From contig CAVYGB010000008.1 in NCBI GenBank assembly GCA_963767925.1, forward strand, positions 960,001 through 1,024,000: a DNA stretch of 64,000 nucleotides. Direction: 5' to 3'. This document shows, piece by piece, positions 50,004 through 59,681 of the stretch. Positions within the stretch are counted from its first letter, which is position 1; every line of letters begins with the position of its first letter. The translations under genes were made by a program, and so were the position numbers. The stretch comes from an uncultured delta proteobacterium (GTDB taxonomy: Bacteria; Myxococcota_A; Polyangia; Fen-1088). The notes beneath the pieces are model-generated. The model was not told the origin of the DNA. It saw nothing but the letters and a program-made list of their open reading frames with translations, and ran no database searches.

Positions 50004-50779
50004 GGGCGGTCCCCGCGTGGCAGCCGGCAGGCGAACTCGGCGCCCGGGACCATCTCGACGCCGTACACCTGCCGGACCGGTTCGGGGGCGATCACCTCGG
50101 CGGCGGGGCCCATCTTCACGCAGCGGCCCTCCGCCAGCAGCAGCGCGCGGTCGGCCAGCGCCGCCGCCTCCTGGAGCTGGTGCAGCACCACCACGACCGC
50201 GGCGCCCGCCCGGGCCACCGCCCGGAGCGCCTCGAACAGGGCGAGGGCGTGGCCCACGTCGAGGGCGGCGGTCGGCTCGTCGAGCAAGAGCAGGGGGGCG
50301 GAGGTGGCAAGCGCGCGCGCCACCAGCACGCGCCGGCGCTCGCCGTACGACAGGGTGGTGAAGGGCCGGTCGGCCAGGCGACCGGTGTCGGTTGTGTGGA
50401 GGGCGGCCTCGATCGCGTCGACATCGGCCCGGGTGCGCCCCGCGAGCAGCCCCGCCCGGCCGTGGGCGAAGCGCCCCTGCTCGACCACCTCCCGTACCGG
50501 CAGGGGGGCGTCCAGCCCGGAGTGCTGCGGGACGTAGCTGCACAGGCGGGCCCGGGCGCGGGCGTCGAGCGCGCGGACCTCGGCTCCGGCCAGCCGGATC
50601 TCGCCCTGGTAGGGGAGAAAGCCGAGCACCGCCTTCAGCAGGGTGCTCTTGCCGGCGCCGTTGGGACCGAGCAGCACCGAGATGGACCCCGGCGGCGCGG
50701 AGAAGTCGACGTCGCGGAGGATGGTCCGGCCGCCGCGCTCGACGGTGAGAGCGCTGGCGACGAGGGGGCTGTCAGGCAT
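50000..50779 (-). CDS. ABC transporter ATP-binding protein (BtuD/FepC-like)
   Basis: GPNGAGKST, LSYGERRR, LLLDEPT, VVLH. Confidence 0.92.
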   Translation of the reverse strand: MPDSPLVASALTVERGGRTILRDVDFSAPPGSISVLLGPNGAGKSTLLKAVLGFLPYQGEIRLAGAEVRALDARARARLCSYVPQHSGLDAPLPVREVVEQGRFAHGRAGLLAGRTRADVDAIEAALHTTDTGRLADRPFTTLSYGERRRVLVARALATSAPLLLLDEPTAALDVGHALALFEALRAVARAGAAVVVVLHQLQEAAALADRALLLAEGRCVKMGPAAEVIAPEPVRQVYGVEMVPGAEFACRLPRGDRP

Positions 50780-51767
50780 GGGCGATCTCCCGGCGGCTGC
50801 GCGCGAGCAGCCAGAGGAAGACCGGCGCCCCGATGAGGCCGGTGACCACCCCCAGCGGGATCTCGCTCCGCGTGGGCAGGAGCCGGGCCAGGATGTCGCA
50901 GCCGAGCACGAAGGTGCCGCCGCCGAGGGCGGCCGCAGGGACCAGCCGCCGGTGCTGCACCCCCACGAAGGGCCGCAGGGCGTGCGGCACGATGAGCCCG
51001 ACGAAGATGACGTTGCCGCCGACCGCCACCGCCGCCGCCGTGAGCACCGCCAGCCAGACGGTCAGCCAGCGGCGGGCCTGCCACACGTCGACCCCCAGCG
51101 CGCCCGCCTCCTCCTCTCCCGACAGCAGGAGATCGAGGGTGCGCCCCCAGCCCCAGGCTGCGGCGATCCCGAAGGCCACCAGCGGGGTGGCCAGCCCGAT
51201 CTGGCGCCGGGTCACCCCGCCGACGCCCCCCAGGGTGAAGCTGACAACCGCCCGGGCCAGGTCCCAGGAGTCCTGGGCCAGGCTGGTGAGGAACCCGCCC
51301 AGGGCCAGGAACAGCGACGACAGGATGAAGCCGGTCAACAGGAGGCTCAAATTGTCGTTGCGCTGCCGGACGAAGGTCAGCAGCAGGAGCAGGGCGAGCT
51401 GGGCCCCCGCCAGGCAGCCCAGCGGCAGCAACATGGTCGGGCCGACATAAGGCAGGGCCCGCAGCGAGGGAAAGGCCACGAAGGCGAGCAGGGCGAGCTG
51501 TCCGCCCAGCATGGCCCCGCCGGTGGTGCCGAGGATCGACGGGCTGACCAGCGGGTTGCGGAACAGGCCCTGGGCCACGGCGCCGCCCACCGCCAGCCCC
51601 GATCCGGCCAGGAAGGCGGCCCCCAGCCGGGTGGCGCGCAGCTCGAGCAGGGTGGCGCGCAGGGCGGGATCGCCGAGGTCCCCGGCGCCGGCGAGCAGCC
51701 CCACCGCCGTCAGGCCGACGAGCAGCCCGAGGAGGGTCAGGTAACAGGCGAGGAGGCGGCGGTCCAC
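50772..51767 (-). CDS. FecCD/BtuC-family ABC permease
   Basis: QGLFRNPLVSPSILG, GEEEAGALGV, IFVGLIVPH, EIPLGVVTGLIGAPVF. Confidence 0.92.
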   Translation of the reverse strand: MDRRLLACYLTLLGLLVGLTAVGLLAGAGDLGDPALRATLLELRATRLGAAFLAGSGLAVGGAVAQGLFRNPLVSPSILGTTGGAMLGGQLALLAFVAFPSLRALPYVGPTMLLPLGCLAGAQLALLLLLTFVRQRNDNLSLLLTGFILSSLFLALGGFLTSLAQDSWDLARAVVSFTLGGVGGVTRRQIGLATPLVAFGIAAAWGWGRTLDLLLSGEEEAGALGVDVWQARRWLTVWLAVLTAAAVAVGGNVIFVGLIVPHALRPFVGVQHRRLVPAAALGGGTFVLGCDILARLLPTRSEIPLGVVTGLIGAPVFLWLLARSRREIAHA

Positions 51768-51771
51768 GGGG

Positions 51772-52989
51772 CTAATAGAACCCGAGGTGGCGTGGCGGCA
51801 AACCGCTGGCTGGGCTGGCCTCGAAGGAGCCGGCGGGGGTGGTGGTCCCGTCGGCGCGCAGCTCGTGCCGGTGCACGAGGGGACGGGTCCTGGAAGCGTC
51901 GAGCAGGTAGAGGCGCCCGGCCGCCCGGTCGAGGGCCAGCGACAGGACGAAGGCGCCGCTGCCGTCGAGCAGCTTGCGGGGCCGGCCGCCCCGGAAGTCG
52001 AAGGACCAGGCCTCGTCGGGGCGACCTCCGGCGGGGTCGCCGCTCAGGACGGTGAAGGCACGGGCGGCCCCCGCCACGGCGAGGATCGAACCCGACACCG
52101 TCCGCTCGAAGGTCCGGCCGGGGACGATCGCGACGGCCGGCGGGCTCACGTCGAGATCGATCCAGGCGAACCCCGCGCTGTCGATCTGGAGCGGCCCGTC
52201 CGAATAGACCCCGCTGCAGCCGACAACCAGGGCGTCCGTCCCCCCGGCGGGCACCCGCAGGAGCGCCCCGCAGTTCTTCAGCCCGGGCAGATCGATGGAC
52301 GCCACCACCCGGTCGCTCGTCGTGTCGACAACGGCGACCCGGCCAGACGCCGCGGCCTCGAAGTCGTCGCTGAGGTTGTTCAGCACCACGTACAGCCGAT
52401 CGCCGACCAGCGCCGCCCGGGCCGGGCGGGCGCTCAGCACCTGGCCGCCGGTGAGCGCGCTGGGGGAGGGCACGGGCAGGGGGACCGTCCCCAGCCGGGT
52501 GGCCCGGGCGCGGTCGATCACCAGCAGGTCGCTGCCCTCCTCGGGCCGGCCCGGGTTCCTGTCGTAGCGGGTGACGTAGGCCTTGTCTCCGGGGCCCGCC
52601 ACCACGTCGTGGGGGTTGGCCGAGAAGCCGTCGCCCACGTTCATCTGCCGCAGGACCTGGCAGCGCTCGGGATCGAGCCAGGTCAGCGTGCTCTGCTTGC
52701 GGTCGATGACCAGCAGCTCGCGCTCGGGCAGGGGATTTGAGGGCAGGGTCACGTCGCCCGACAGCGCCGCCGAGAGCTGCGGCGCGCGGCTGCCCGAGTC
52801 GAGGCAGCGATCGCGGACCATGCCGGTCGCCGGATCGACGAGGGAGACGACGGTGGAGGTGTAGTCGCTGGCCACCACCGCGATGCCGCCGCCGCGCCCG
52901 GGTGGGCCCACCGAGGGCTCGGGCTCGGTGCAAGCTCCCAGCAGGAGGAGGCCCAGGGCGAGGGCGAGGTGGGCAGGGCGGGGGTTCAT
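51772..52989 (-). CDS. Beta-propeller surface lipoprotein associated with the TonB receptor
   Basis: Lipobox LLGAC; repeated beta-blade-like segments (NPHDVV, KAYVTRY, LLVID, VAVVD, LYLLD). Confidence 0.75.
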   Translation of the reverse strand: MNPRPAHLALALGLLLLGACTEPEPSVGPPGRGGGIAVVASDYTSTVVSLVDPATGMVRDRCLDSGSRAPQLSAALSGDVTLPSNPLPERELLVIDRKQSTLTWLDPERCQVLRQMNVGDGFSANPHDVVAGPGDKAYVTRYDRNPGRPEEGSDLLVIDRARATRLGTVPLPVPSPSALTGGQVLSARPARAALVGDRLYVVLNNLSDDFEAAASGRVAVVDTTSDRVVASIDLPGLKNCGALLRVPAGGTDALVVGCSGVYSDGPLQIDSAGFAWIDLDVSPPAVAIVPGRTFERTVSGSILAVAGAARAFTVLSGDPAGGRPDEAWSFDFRGGRPRKLLDGSGAFVLSLALDRAAGRLYLLDASRTRPLVHRHELRADGTTTPAGSFEASPASGLPPRHLGFY

Positions 52990-55081
52990 CGGGAGGCTCC
53001 TTCCAGATCAGATCCCGTCGGCGACGGGAAGGCAACGTGCAGGGTGAGGAAAAACGATCGCCCGGGCAGGGGAAACTCGAGCACGTCGGCCGAGCGCGCG
53101 TCGTGCAGGTTGTAGCCGCTGGCGACCGCGCGCAGCCCGGCGGGCGGGTAGTCGAGGTGGGCCCCCGTCCCCAGGACCAGGCGGGCCGGCTGGCGGACCA
53201 GGTTCGCGGGATCCTGGAAGCGGCCGCCGGTCAGCTCGGCGTCCGCGTAGAGTCCCCCCGCCAGGTGGGGCCCAGGGGCAGGTCGCGCAGCTCGGGGCGG
53301 AGGTAGGCCCGGATCCGGGGCTGGTGGGGGAGCTGCCGCCCGTCGCGTCCAGATTGACCGCTGCGATCGCGGACGTCGAGGGCGGTGACCTGGGCCGTGA
53401 CCCGGGCCCAGCGTCCGAGACTGCCGGTGGCCGCCAGCTCCAGGCCCGCGCTGCGGCTGGCCGCCACGTTGAGGTAGCTGGCGAAGTAGCCCATCTGCTC
53501 GAAGTGGATCAGGTCGCGGGCGGTGGCCGCAAACAGCGCGGCGTCGAGGCGCAGCCGCCCGCCGGCCCCGGCGAGCTCACCGGTCAGCCCGAGGTCGGCC
53601 GAATACCCACGCTCGGGGTCCAGCGCCGGATTACCCTGGATCAGGCCGCCGTTGCCGTACCGCTCGAACAGGGTCGGCAGCCGGGCGTACGAGCCGAGGT
53701 TGGCCCGCAGCCGGAGCGCGGGGTGGGGGGTCGAGACGAGCCCCAGCCGGGCGATGGGCAGGAGCTGCACCGCCGGAGCCGGCGGGGGTCCGCCGCTGCC
53801 GCCGAACAAGCTCCCCGGGCTCAACTCGTCGCGGGCGGCCTCCCCGCGCACGGTGGCGATGACGTCGAGCGCGAGGGTAGGGACGTGGGCCGTGCCGGCC
53901 AGCGCCGCCGCCACCCGCTGCCGGGCTCCGGGAGGGCGGCGGTCGGCCCGGATCTCCTCCCGGGGCCGGAAGGCCTCGTGGCGCCCATCGACCATCGCCG
54001 ACAGCAGGAACCAGGTGGCCAGGGGGCGCACCCCCAGCACGGTCGCGCCAGCGGTGAGCGAGCGGTCGCGGGTCTCGGTGGCCACGAAGGCCACCTCGCC
54101 CAGTCGGTCGGACAGACGTTGTTCGCCCAGCAGCAGGTAGCCGGTGCCCCGGAGCTGGCCGCCCGCGCCCGGGCTCCCCGAGGTGTACCCGGCGCTGGCC
54201 GCCAGCCGCCGGCGCTGCAGGGAGGCAGCGAAGGAAGCGTCGCTGCTCCGGGCTGCCAGGCCCTGCCGCCGGGAAAGGACCGACAGGGACAACCAGAGGT
54301 GGCGCCCGCGCGGCAGCGTCCAGTCGGCCCGGGCCGCGCCGTCGAGCTGGCGGAGCTGGTTGTTCTGCCGCCGCAAGGTCCGGTCGTCGCTGGGATCGAA
54401 CAGCGTGCGGTTGTCACTGCGGTAGGGGAAGTCGGCGGCAGTGTCGAGGACCGCCACCCGGGCCACCAGGCTGCGACCCGGATCCACCCGGGCCAGCTCG
54501 AGGCCGCCCAGGCGGGTGGCGTAAGAGCCCAGCCCGGAGTGGGCAGCCAGCCGCGAGCGGGAGGGCGCCTCCGAGGTGAGCGAGAGGGTGCCTCCCATGG
54601 CGGAGGTGCCGTGGGCGAGCGGGCTGGCGCCCCGGTAGACCTCGATGCGCTGGACGGCCGTGAGCGGGACCAGCCCCAGGTCAAGGCTCCCGGTCACCGC
54701 GCTATCGAGGGGGACGCCGTCGGCGTAGACCGCCACCTGGTTGGGCGATGACCCGCGCAGGGAGACGGTGGCCAGAGAGCCCAGGCTGCCGTGGCGCGTG
54801 ATCACCACCCCCGGCAGCTCGGACAGGAGCTGCGGCAGCGTCTCGGCGCTGCGGGCGGCGCGGTCCGCGGTGATCACCGAGGCCGAGGCGGAGGGATCCT
54901 CGCGGGGCCGATCCGGGGGGGTGGGAGGCGCTGCCACGACGGTCTCGTAGCGGGGCGGTGGCGCGGCCCTGACCGGGAGCGCTGCCGCCGGCCCCAGCAG
55001 CGGGGCGAGCAGAAAGCAGAGGATCAGGGAAGGGCGGCGGCAGGTGGTCTCCGGGCCCGCCGCGGGCCTGCGATTGGCCAA
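52986..55081 (-). pseudogene. btuB: TonB-dependent receptor (BtuB-like), split by a 1-nt frameshift in a G6 run (real lesion or sequencing error)
   Basis: Plug motifs SLRGSSPNQVAVYADGVPL, RIEVYRG; RLPTLFERYG..GNPALDPE. The ORF stops at 53231, but a shifted frame continues ...YNLHDARSADVLEFPLPGRSFFLTL to a TGA at 52986 that overlaps the next ATG. Confidence 0.85.
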
Positions 55082-55091
55082 AACCGCGGGG

Positions 55092-55119
55092 ACCCTAGCT
55101 GGCTCCGCCGCGGTGTCAA
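55092..55119 (-). promoter_or_regulatory. Putative sigma70 promoter of the btuB operon
   Basis: TTGACA (55119-55114), 16 nt, TAGGGT (55097-55092). Confidence 0.45.
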
Positions 55120-55179
55120 GACCGAGAACCACCCCCCATCGTTCTCAGCCACGGGGGCGTGCCTGCCGATGTCAGCGTC

Positions 55180-57531
55180 ATGGCGGGGGATTCCGCGACC
55201 AAGGAGTTCTTCGAGGGTGCCGAAGCGACCCAGTCCCGTCCCATGGGCATGTCGGTTGTGGTGGGAAAGGTGGACGGCACCACCGTGAGCGGCCGCGCCG
55301 GCTGGTTCGAGCCGGCCGAGCCGGATCTCCTGGTGGAGACCCCGCCGCGGGGGCCGGGCCAGCGAACCGGGGTGGCGCGCGTCCCGGCCGAGGAGATCGC
55401 CTACGTGGGCATCGCCAAGGGCTCGGGGGGCCGCCTCGACGATCCCAGCAACCGGCCGAGCGGCTCGGCGGTGAAGGTCTTCGTGCCGGGCGGCAAGACC
55501 TTCGTCGTGATCCCCAGCGAGGTGGGCGCCACCCGCCTCGGCTTTTATGGCGCCCCCCTCGACGGCGCCAGCCCCTATTCGGCCATCTACTTTTACAACC
55601 GGGCCCTCAACGCCAAGGAGAGCGTCGAGCCGCTGGGCTCGCTGCTGATGAAGACGGGCGCCCTCAGCCAGGACGACCTCAACCGGGGGCTGGCCGCCCA
55701 GGAGGATGCCCGCAAGGTCCCCATCGGCAAGATCCTTGTCGAGCAGCGCCGCGTGCCGATCGACGCGGTGGAGAAGGCGGCCCAGCTCCAGGCCCGCCGG
55801 GGCATGCGGATCGGGGAAATCCTCGTGCAGGAGGGCCTCGCCACCGGCCAGGACATCGAGACCGCCCTGCAGGAGCAGAAGAAGCGCAAGGGGCGCAAGC
55901 TGGGGCAGCTCCTCGTGGAGATGAACATCATCAGCGAGGAGGTCCTGACCCGCACCCTGGCCCGCAAGTTCCACATCCCCTTCGCCAACCTCGACCGCTG
56001 CGAGGTAAATCCGGCGGTCGTGCGCGAGCTGCCGATCGACCTGATGGAGAAATACCGGGTCCTCCTGCTGCAGCTCGAGGATCGGGTGGCCACGGTGGCC
56101 ATCGCCGACCCCATCGCCGTCGACGTCATCGACGCCCTCCGCTTCGCGGTCCGCCGGGACATCCAGGAAGTCCTGGTGATGCCCTCGCAGCTCGAAAAAT
56201 ACGTTAGCCGCTTCCTCGTCGAGATCTCCCGCGACGAAGACAAGAAGAAGATGGGGTCCATCCTCAAGGACCTCACCGTCGAGGAGCTGCAGACCGCCAA
56301 GGACATCTTCCCCGACGAGGTCACCACCACCGAGTCGGACAGCGCCGTCATCCGCCTGGCCAACCAGATCATCATCGAGGCCGTGCGCCGGGGGGCCTCC
56401 GACATCCACATCGAGCCCAACGGGCGCGAGCTGACGACCATCGTCCGCTTCCGGATCGACGGCGACTGCGTGGACTTCCAGGAGATCCCTCCCACCTACC
56501 GAAACTCCCTGGTGGCCCGCATGAAGATCATGGCCGGCCTCGACATCGCCGAGCGGCGCAAGCCCCAGGACGGCAAGATCAAGATCCGGCTACCCGAGCG
56601 GGGCGCCATCGAGCTGCGGCTGGCGACCATCCCCACCGTCTACGGCGAGGACCTGGTCATGCGGATCCTCGCCGCCTCCCGCCCCCTGCCGCTCGACAAG
56701 ATGTCGCTGACCCCCCACAACCTGCAGCGGCTGCGGGAGGCGGCGGCCAAGCCCTACGGGCTCATCCTGTGCGTGGGGCCCACCGGCTCGGGCAAGACCA
56801 CCACGTTGCACTCGGTGCTCGGCCACCTGAACACGGTCGACCGGAAGATCTGGACAGCCGAAGATCCGGTCGAGATCACCCAGGCCCGGCTGCGGCAGGT
56901 GCAGGTGAGCACGAAGATCGGGTTCACCTTCGCCGCGGCGATGCGGGCCTTTCTGCGGGCCGACCCCGACGTCATCATGATCGGCGAGATGCGGGATCAG
57001 GAGACGGCCAGCATCGCCGTCGAGGCCTCGTTGACCGGCCACCTCGTGCTCTCCACCCTCCACACGAACAGCGCCCCCGAGACCATCACCCGCCTCGTCG
57101 ACATGGGGCTCGACCCCTTCAGCTTCGCCGACGCCCTCATCGCCGTGCTGGCCCAGCGCCTGGCCCGCGGGTTGTGCCGGAGCTGCCGCGAGCCCTACCG
57201 TCCCGGCGTCGAGGAGTTCAAGTCCCTGGCCGACCTGTGCTCGATCGAGTTCCTCCGCGACTCGGGGATGAGCGAGACCGACTGCATGTTGTGGCGGGGG
57301 CGGGGCTGCGAGGAGTGCAAGGGCACGGGCTACGCCGGCCGGGTGGCGATCCACGAGCTGCTGGTGGCCGGCGACGGCGTCAAGGCGGCGATCCAGCGCA
57401 AGGCCCTGGTGCCCGACCTGCGGAAGGTCGCGGTGGACGACGGCATGCGCACCCTGCTGCAGGACGGGGCCATCAAGTGCACCCAGGGCCTCACCGATCT
57501 GTCGCAGGTCCTGGCGGTCTGCAGCCGCTGA
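55180..57531 (+). CDS. GspE/PilB-family secretion ATPase with extended N-terminus (extra domain + 4 MshEN-like repeats)
   Basis: ASDIHIEP, RFRIDG, DIAERRKPQDG, GPTGSGKTTT, TAEDPVE, LRADPDVIMIGEMRD, TGHLVLSTLHTN, Zn CxxC..CxxC. Confidence 0.93.
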   Translation: MAGDSATKEFFEGAEATQSRPMGMSVVVGKVDGTTVSGRAGWFEPAEPDLLVETPPRGPGQRTGVARVPAEEIAYVGIAKGSGGRLDDPSNRPSGSAVKVFVPGGKTFVVIPSEVGATRLGFYGAPLDGASPYSAIYFYNRALNAKESVEPLGSLLMKTGALSQDDLNRGLAAQEDARKVPIGKILVEQRRVPIDAVEKAAQLQARRGMRIGEILVQEGLATGQDIETALQEQKKRKGRKLGQLLVEMNIISEEVLTRTLARKFHIPFANLDRCEVNPAVVRELPIDLMEKYRVLLLQLEDRVATVAIADPIAVDVIDALRFAVRRDIQEVLVMPSQLEKYVSRFLVEISRDEDKKKMGSILKDLTVEELQTAKDIFPDEVTTTESDSAVIRLANQIIIEAVRRGASDIHIEPNGRELTTIVRFRIDGDCVDFQEIPPTYRNSLVARMKIMAGLDIAERRKPQDGKIKIRLPERGAIELRLATIPTVYGEDLVMRILAASRPLPLDKMSLTPHNLQRLREAAAKPYGLILCVGPTGSGKTTTLHSVLGHLNTVDRKIWTAEDPVEITQARLRQVQVSTKIGFTFAAAMRAFLRADPDVIMIGEMRDQETASIAVEASLTGHLVLSTLHTNSAPETITRLVDMGLDPFSFADALIAVLAQRLARGLCRSCREPYRPGVEEFKSLADLCSIEFLRDSGMSETDCMLWRGRGCEECKGTGYAGRVAIHELLVAGDGVKAAIQRKALVPDLRKVAVDDGMRTLLQDGAIKCTQGLTDLSQVLAVCSR

Positions 57532-57534
57532 CCG

Positions 57535-58905
57535 TCAGGGCGCGAGGCGGGCCCGCTTGATGTTGAGGAACTCGCGCAGCCCGAACACCCCCAGCTCGCG
57601 CCCGTAGCCGGAGCGCTTGATCCCCCCGAAGGGGAAGCGGGCGTCGGAGGCGGTGAGGCCGTTGATGAACACGCCGCCGGACTCGATCTCCCGCACACAA
57701 CGTTCGGCCTGCTCGCCGTCGGCGGTGAACACCGAGGCCCCGAGGCCGAAGGGGGTGTCGTTGGCGATCTCGATGGCCTGGTCGAGGTCGCGCGCGCGAA
57801 ACAGCGCCGCCACCGGGCCGAACAGCTCGTCGGCCGCAGCCGGGGCGCCGGCCGGGACGTCCTCGAGGACGGTGGCGGGGTAAAAGAAGCCGGGTCCTGC
57901 GAGGGGCTGGCCGCCCACCAGGAGGCGGGCGCCGGCCTCCACCGAGCGGCGGACCTGCTCGTGCAGGCCGTCGCGGATGGCGGCGGTGGCCAGGGGGCCC
58001 AGCTCGGTAGTGGGATCAGCGGGATCGCCCACCCGCAGGGCCCGCACCCGATCGACGAAGCGGGCGCGGAAGGTATCGTAGAGGGGCTCGGCGATGATGA
58101 AGCGCTTGGCGGCGATGCAGGATTGGCCGTTGTTGAGCATGCGCCCCTGCACCGCGGTGGTCACCGCCCGGTCGAGGTCGGCGTCGGCCAGCACCAGGAA
58201 GGGATCGCTGCCGCCGAGCTCGAGCACCGACTTCTTGAGGTGGCTGGCGGCGGCGGTGGCCACCGCCCGGCCCGCCGCCTCGCTGCCGGTGACGGTCACG
58301 GCCGCCACCCGGGGGTCGGCGACGATCGATGCCACCGCGTCCGAGCCCACCAGCAAGGTCTGGAACACCCCTTCGGGGGCCCCCGCCCGGAGAAACAGCT
58401 CCTCGAGCGCGAGGGCACACTGGGGCACATTGGCGGCGTGTTTCAGCAGGCCGACGTTGCCGCCCACGAGGGCCGGGGCGGCGAAGCGGATGACCTGCCA
58501 GAAGGGGAAGTTCCAGGGCATCACCGCCAGGATCGGGCCGAGCGGCTGGTACAGGACCCGCTCGCGCACGCCGCCCGGATCGGTCGTCTCTTCCTCGGCC
58601 AGGTAGCGCTCTGCGTTCTCCGCATAGTGTCGGCAGCCGCGGGCGCACTTCTCCGCCTCCTCGACCGCCGCGGTCTGCAGCTTGCCCATCTCCAGGGTCA
58701 TCAGGCTGCCGTAGCGGGCCTTCTCGGCCTCCAGCAGGTCGGCCGCCCGGGCCAGCACCTGGGTCCGCTCCCGCAGGGGACGCCGCCGCCAGGCGCGGAA
58801 GGCCTCCCTGGCGCCCTGCAGGCGCCGGCCGATCTCATCCGGCTCGAGGGCCGGGAACCGCCGCAGGGTCTCGCCGTTCGCCGGGTTGGTTGTCGCGATG
58901 GCCAT
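57535..58905 (-). CDS. NAD(P)-dependent succinate-semialdehyde dehydrogenase family
   Basis: MPWNFPFWQ, LKHA, VTGS, LELGGSD, NNGQSCIAAKR, ELFGPV, PFGGIKRSGYGREL. Confidence 0.92.
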   Translation of the reverse strand: MAIATTNPANGETLRRFPALEPDEIGRRLQGAREAFRAWRRRPLRERTQVLARAADLLEAEKARYGSLMTLEMGKLQTAAVEEAEKCARGCRHYAENAERYLAEEETTDPGGVRERVLYQPLGPILAVMPWNFPFWQVIRFAAPALVGGNVGLLKHAANVPQCALALEELFLRAGAPEGVFQTLLVGSDAVASIVADPRVAAVTVTGSEAAGRAVATAAASHLKKSVLELGGSDPFLVLADADLDRAVTTAVQGRMLNNGQSCIAAKRFIIAEPLYDTFRARFVDRVRALRVGDPADPTTELGPLATAAIRDGLHEQVRRSVEAGARLLVGGQPLAGPGFFYPATVLEDVPAGAPAAADELFGPVAALFRARDLDQAIEIANDTPFGLGASVFTADGEQAERCVREIESGGVFINGLTASDARFPFGGIKRSGYGRELGVFGLREFLNIKRARLAP

Positions 58906-58941
58906 ACCGGACACTGTGGGTGTCCGGGGGCCGGGTCGCAA

Positions 58942-59646
58942 TCAGAGACCGACGGCGCGCGCCAGGGTCGAGTGGGTCCAGGGCTTGGCCAAAACCTCGT
59001 GCGGAGCCGAGCGGGCCGCACCGTGCCGGGCGAGGGCGAGCTGGGCCGGGTGGGCGTGCCCGGACATCAGCACCCGCCGGACCCGCGGGTGACGATCGGC
59101 GAGATAGGCGATCAGGTCGAGACCGTGCTCGTTGCCCAGCACCAGGTCGACGATGGCGATCGCGACCTGGTTCCGGTCCTCGAGCAGGCAGACCGCCTCG
59201 AGGGGGGTCTGGACGGCGTGAGACGACTGTCCCAGGCGGCCGAGCTCCAGGCTGAGCGCCGCCCCCACCTCACGCGAATCGTCAACAACGAGGACGGAGG
59301 CCGATCGGACCCGCTCCAGGAAGACGTCGACAGCGGTCTGGATGCGGGCTTCGTCCTCGGCCGACAGGTCGAGAAAGCTGACCGCGAAGGCCGACCCGTC
59401 GCGGCTGGCCTGCTCCCGGCACACGACCGACTGGACGCGCAGGGTGCGGTCGGGCCCCAGCCGCAGCACCGCCTCGACCTGGGTCCCGAGCGGCGCGGGG
59501 GTCGACCCGCCCAGGAGCAGGCCCCCCACCGACGCGTTGATCACGCGGAAGCTGCCCAGGCTCTCTCCGTCCCGCAGAAGCACCGCGCTGGCCCGTACGA
59601 CCGCGCGCGTGTGTCTCCGCCGTTCGCTCTCCGGACTATTATCCAC
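58942..59646 (-). CDS. PilZ-receiver (REC) domain protein
   Basis: RRHTR (RxxxR) and NASVGG (D/N-x-S-xx-G); REC with VVDD, IVDL (phospho-Asp), MSG, KPW. Confidence 0.88.
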   Translation of the reverse strand: MDNSPESERRRHTRAVVRASAVLLRDGESLGSFRVINASVGGLLLGGSTPAPLGTQVEAVLRLGPDRTLRVQSVVCREQASRDGSAFAVSFLDLSAEDEARIQTAVDVFLERVRSASVLVVDDSREVGAALSLELGRLGQSSHAVQTPLEAVCLLEDRNQVAIAIVDLVLGNEHGLDLIAYLADRHPRVRRVLMSGHAHPAQLALARHGAARSAPHEVLAKPWTHSTLARAVGL

Positions 59647-59652
59647 GAAAAA

Positions 59653-59681
59653 ATAGTAATCTAGGATTCAATTCAGGTCAA
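59653..59681 (-). promoter_or_regulatory. sigma70 promoter giving an apparently leaderless PilZ-REC mRNA
   Basis: TTGACC-17 nt-TACTAT, then 6 nt to the GTG start; lies in an AT-rich intergenic patch. Confidence 0.7.

Noticed and set aside
55081..55180. Cobalamin riboswitch upstream of btuB
   Set aside because: Only an AGCCAG fragment is present; no GGGAA/ACTG/GCCACTG core, and too little intergenic space
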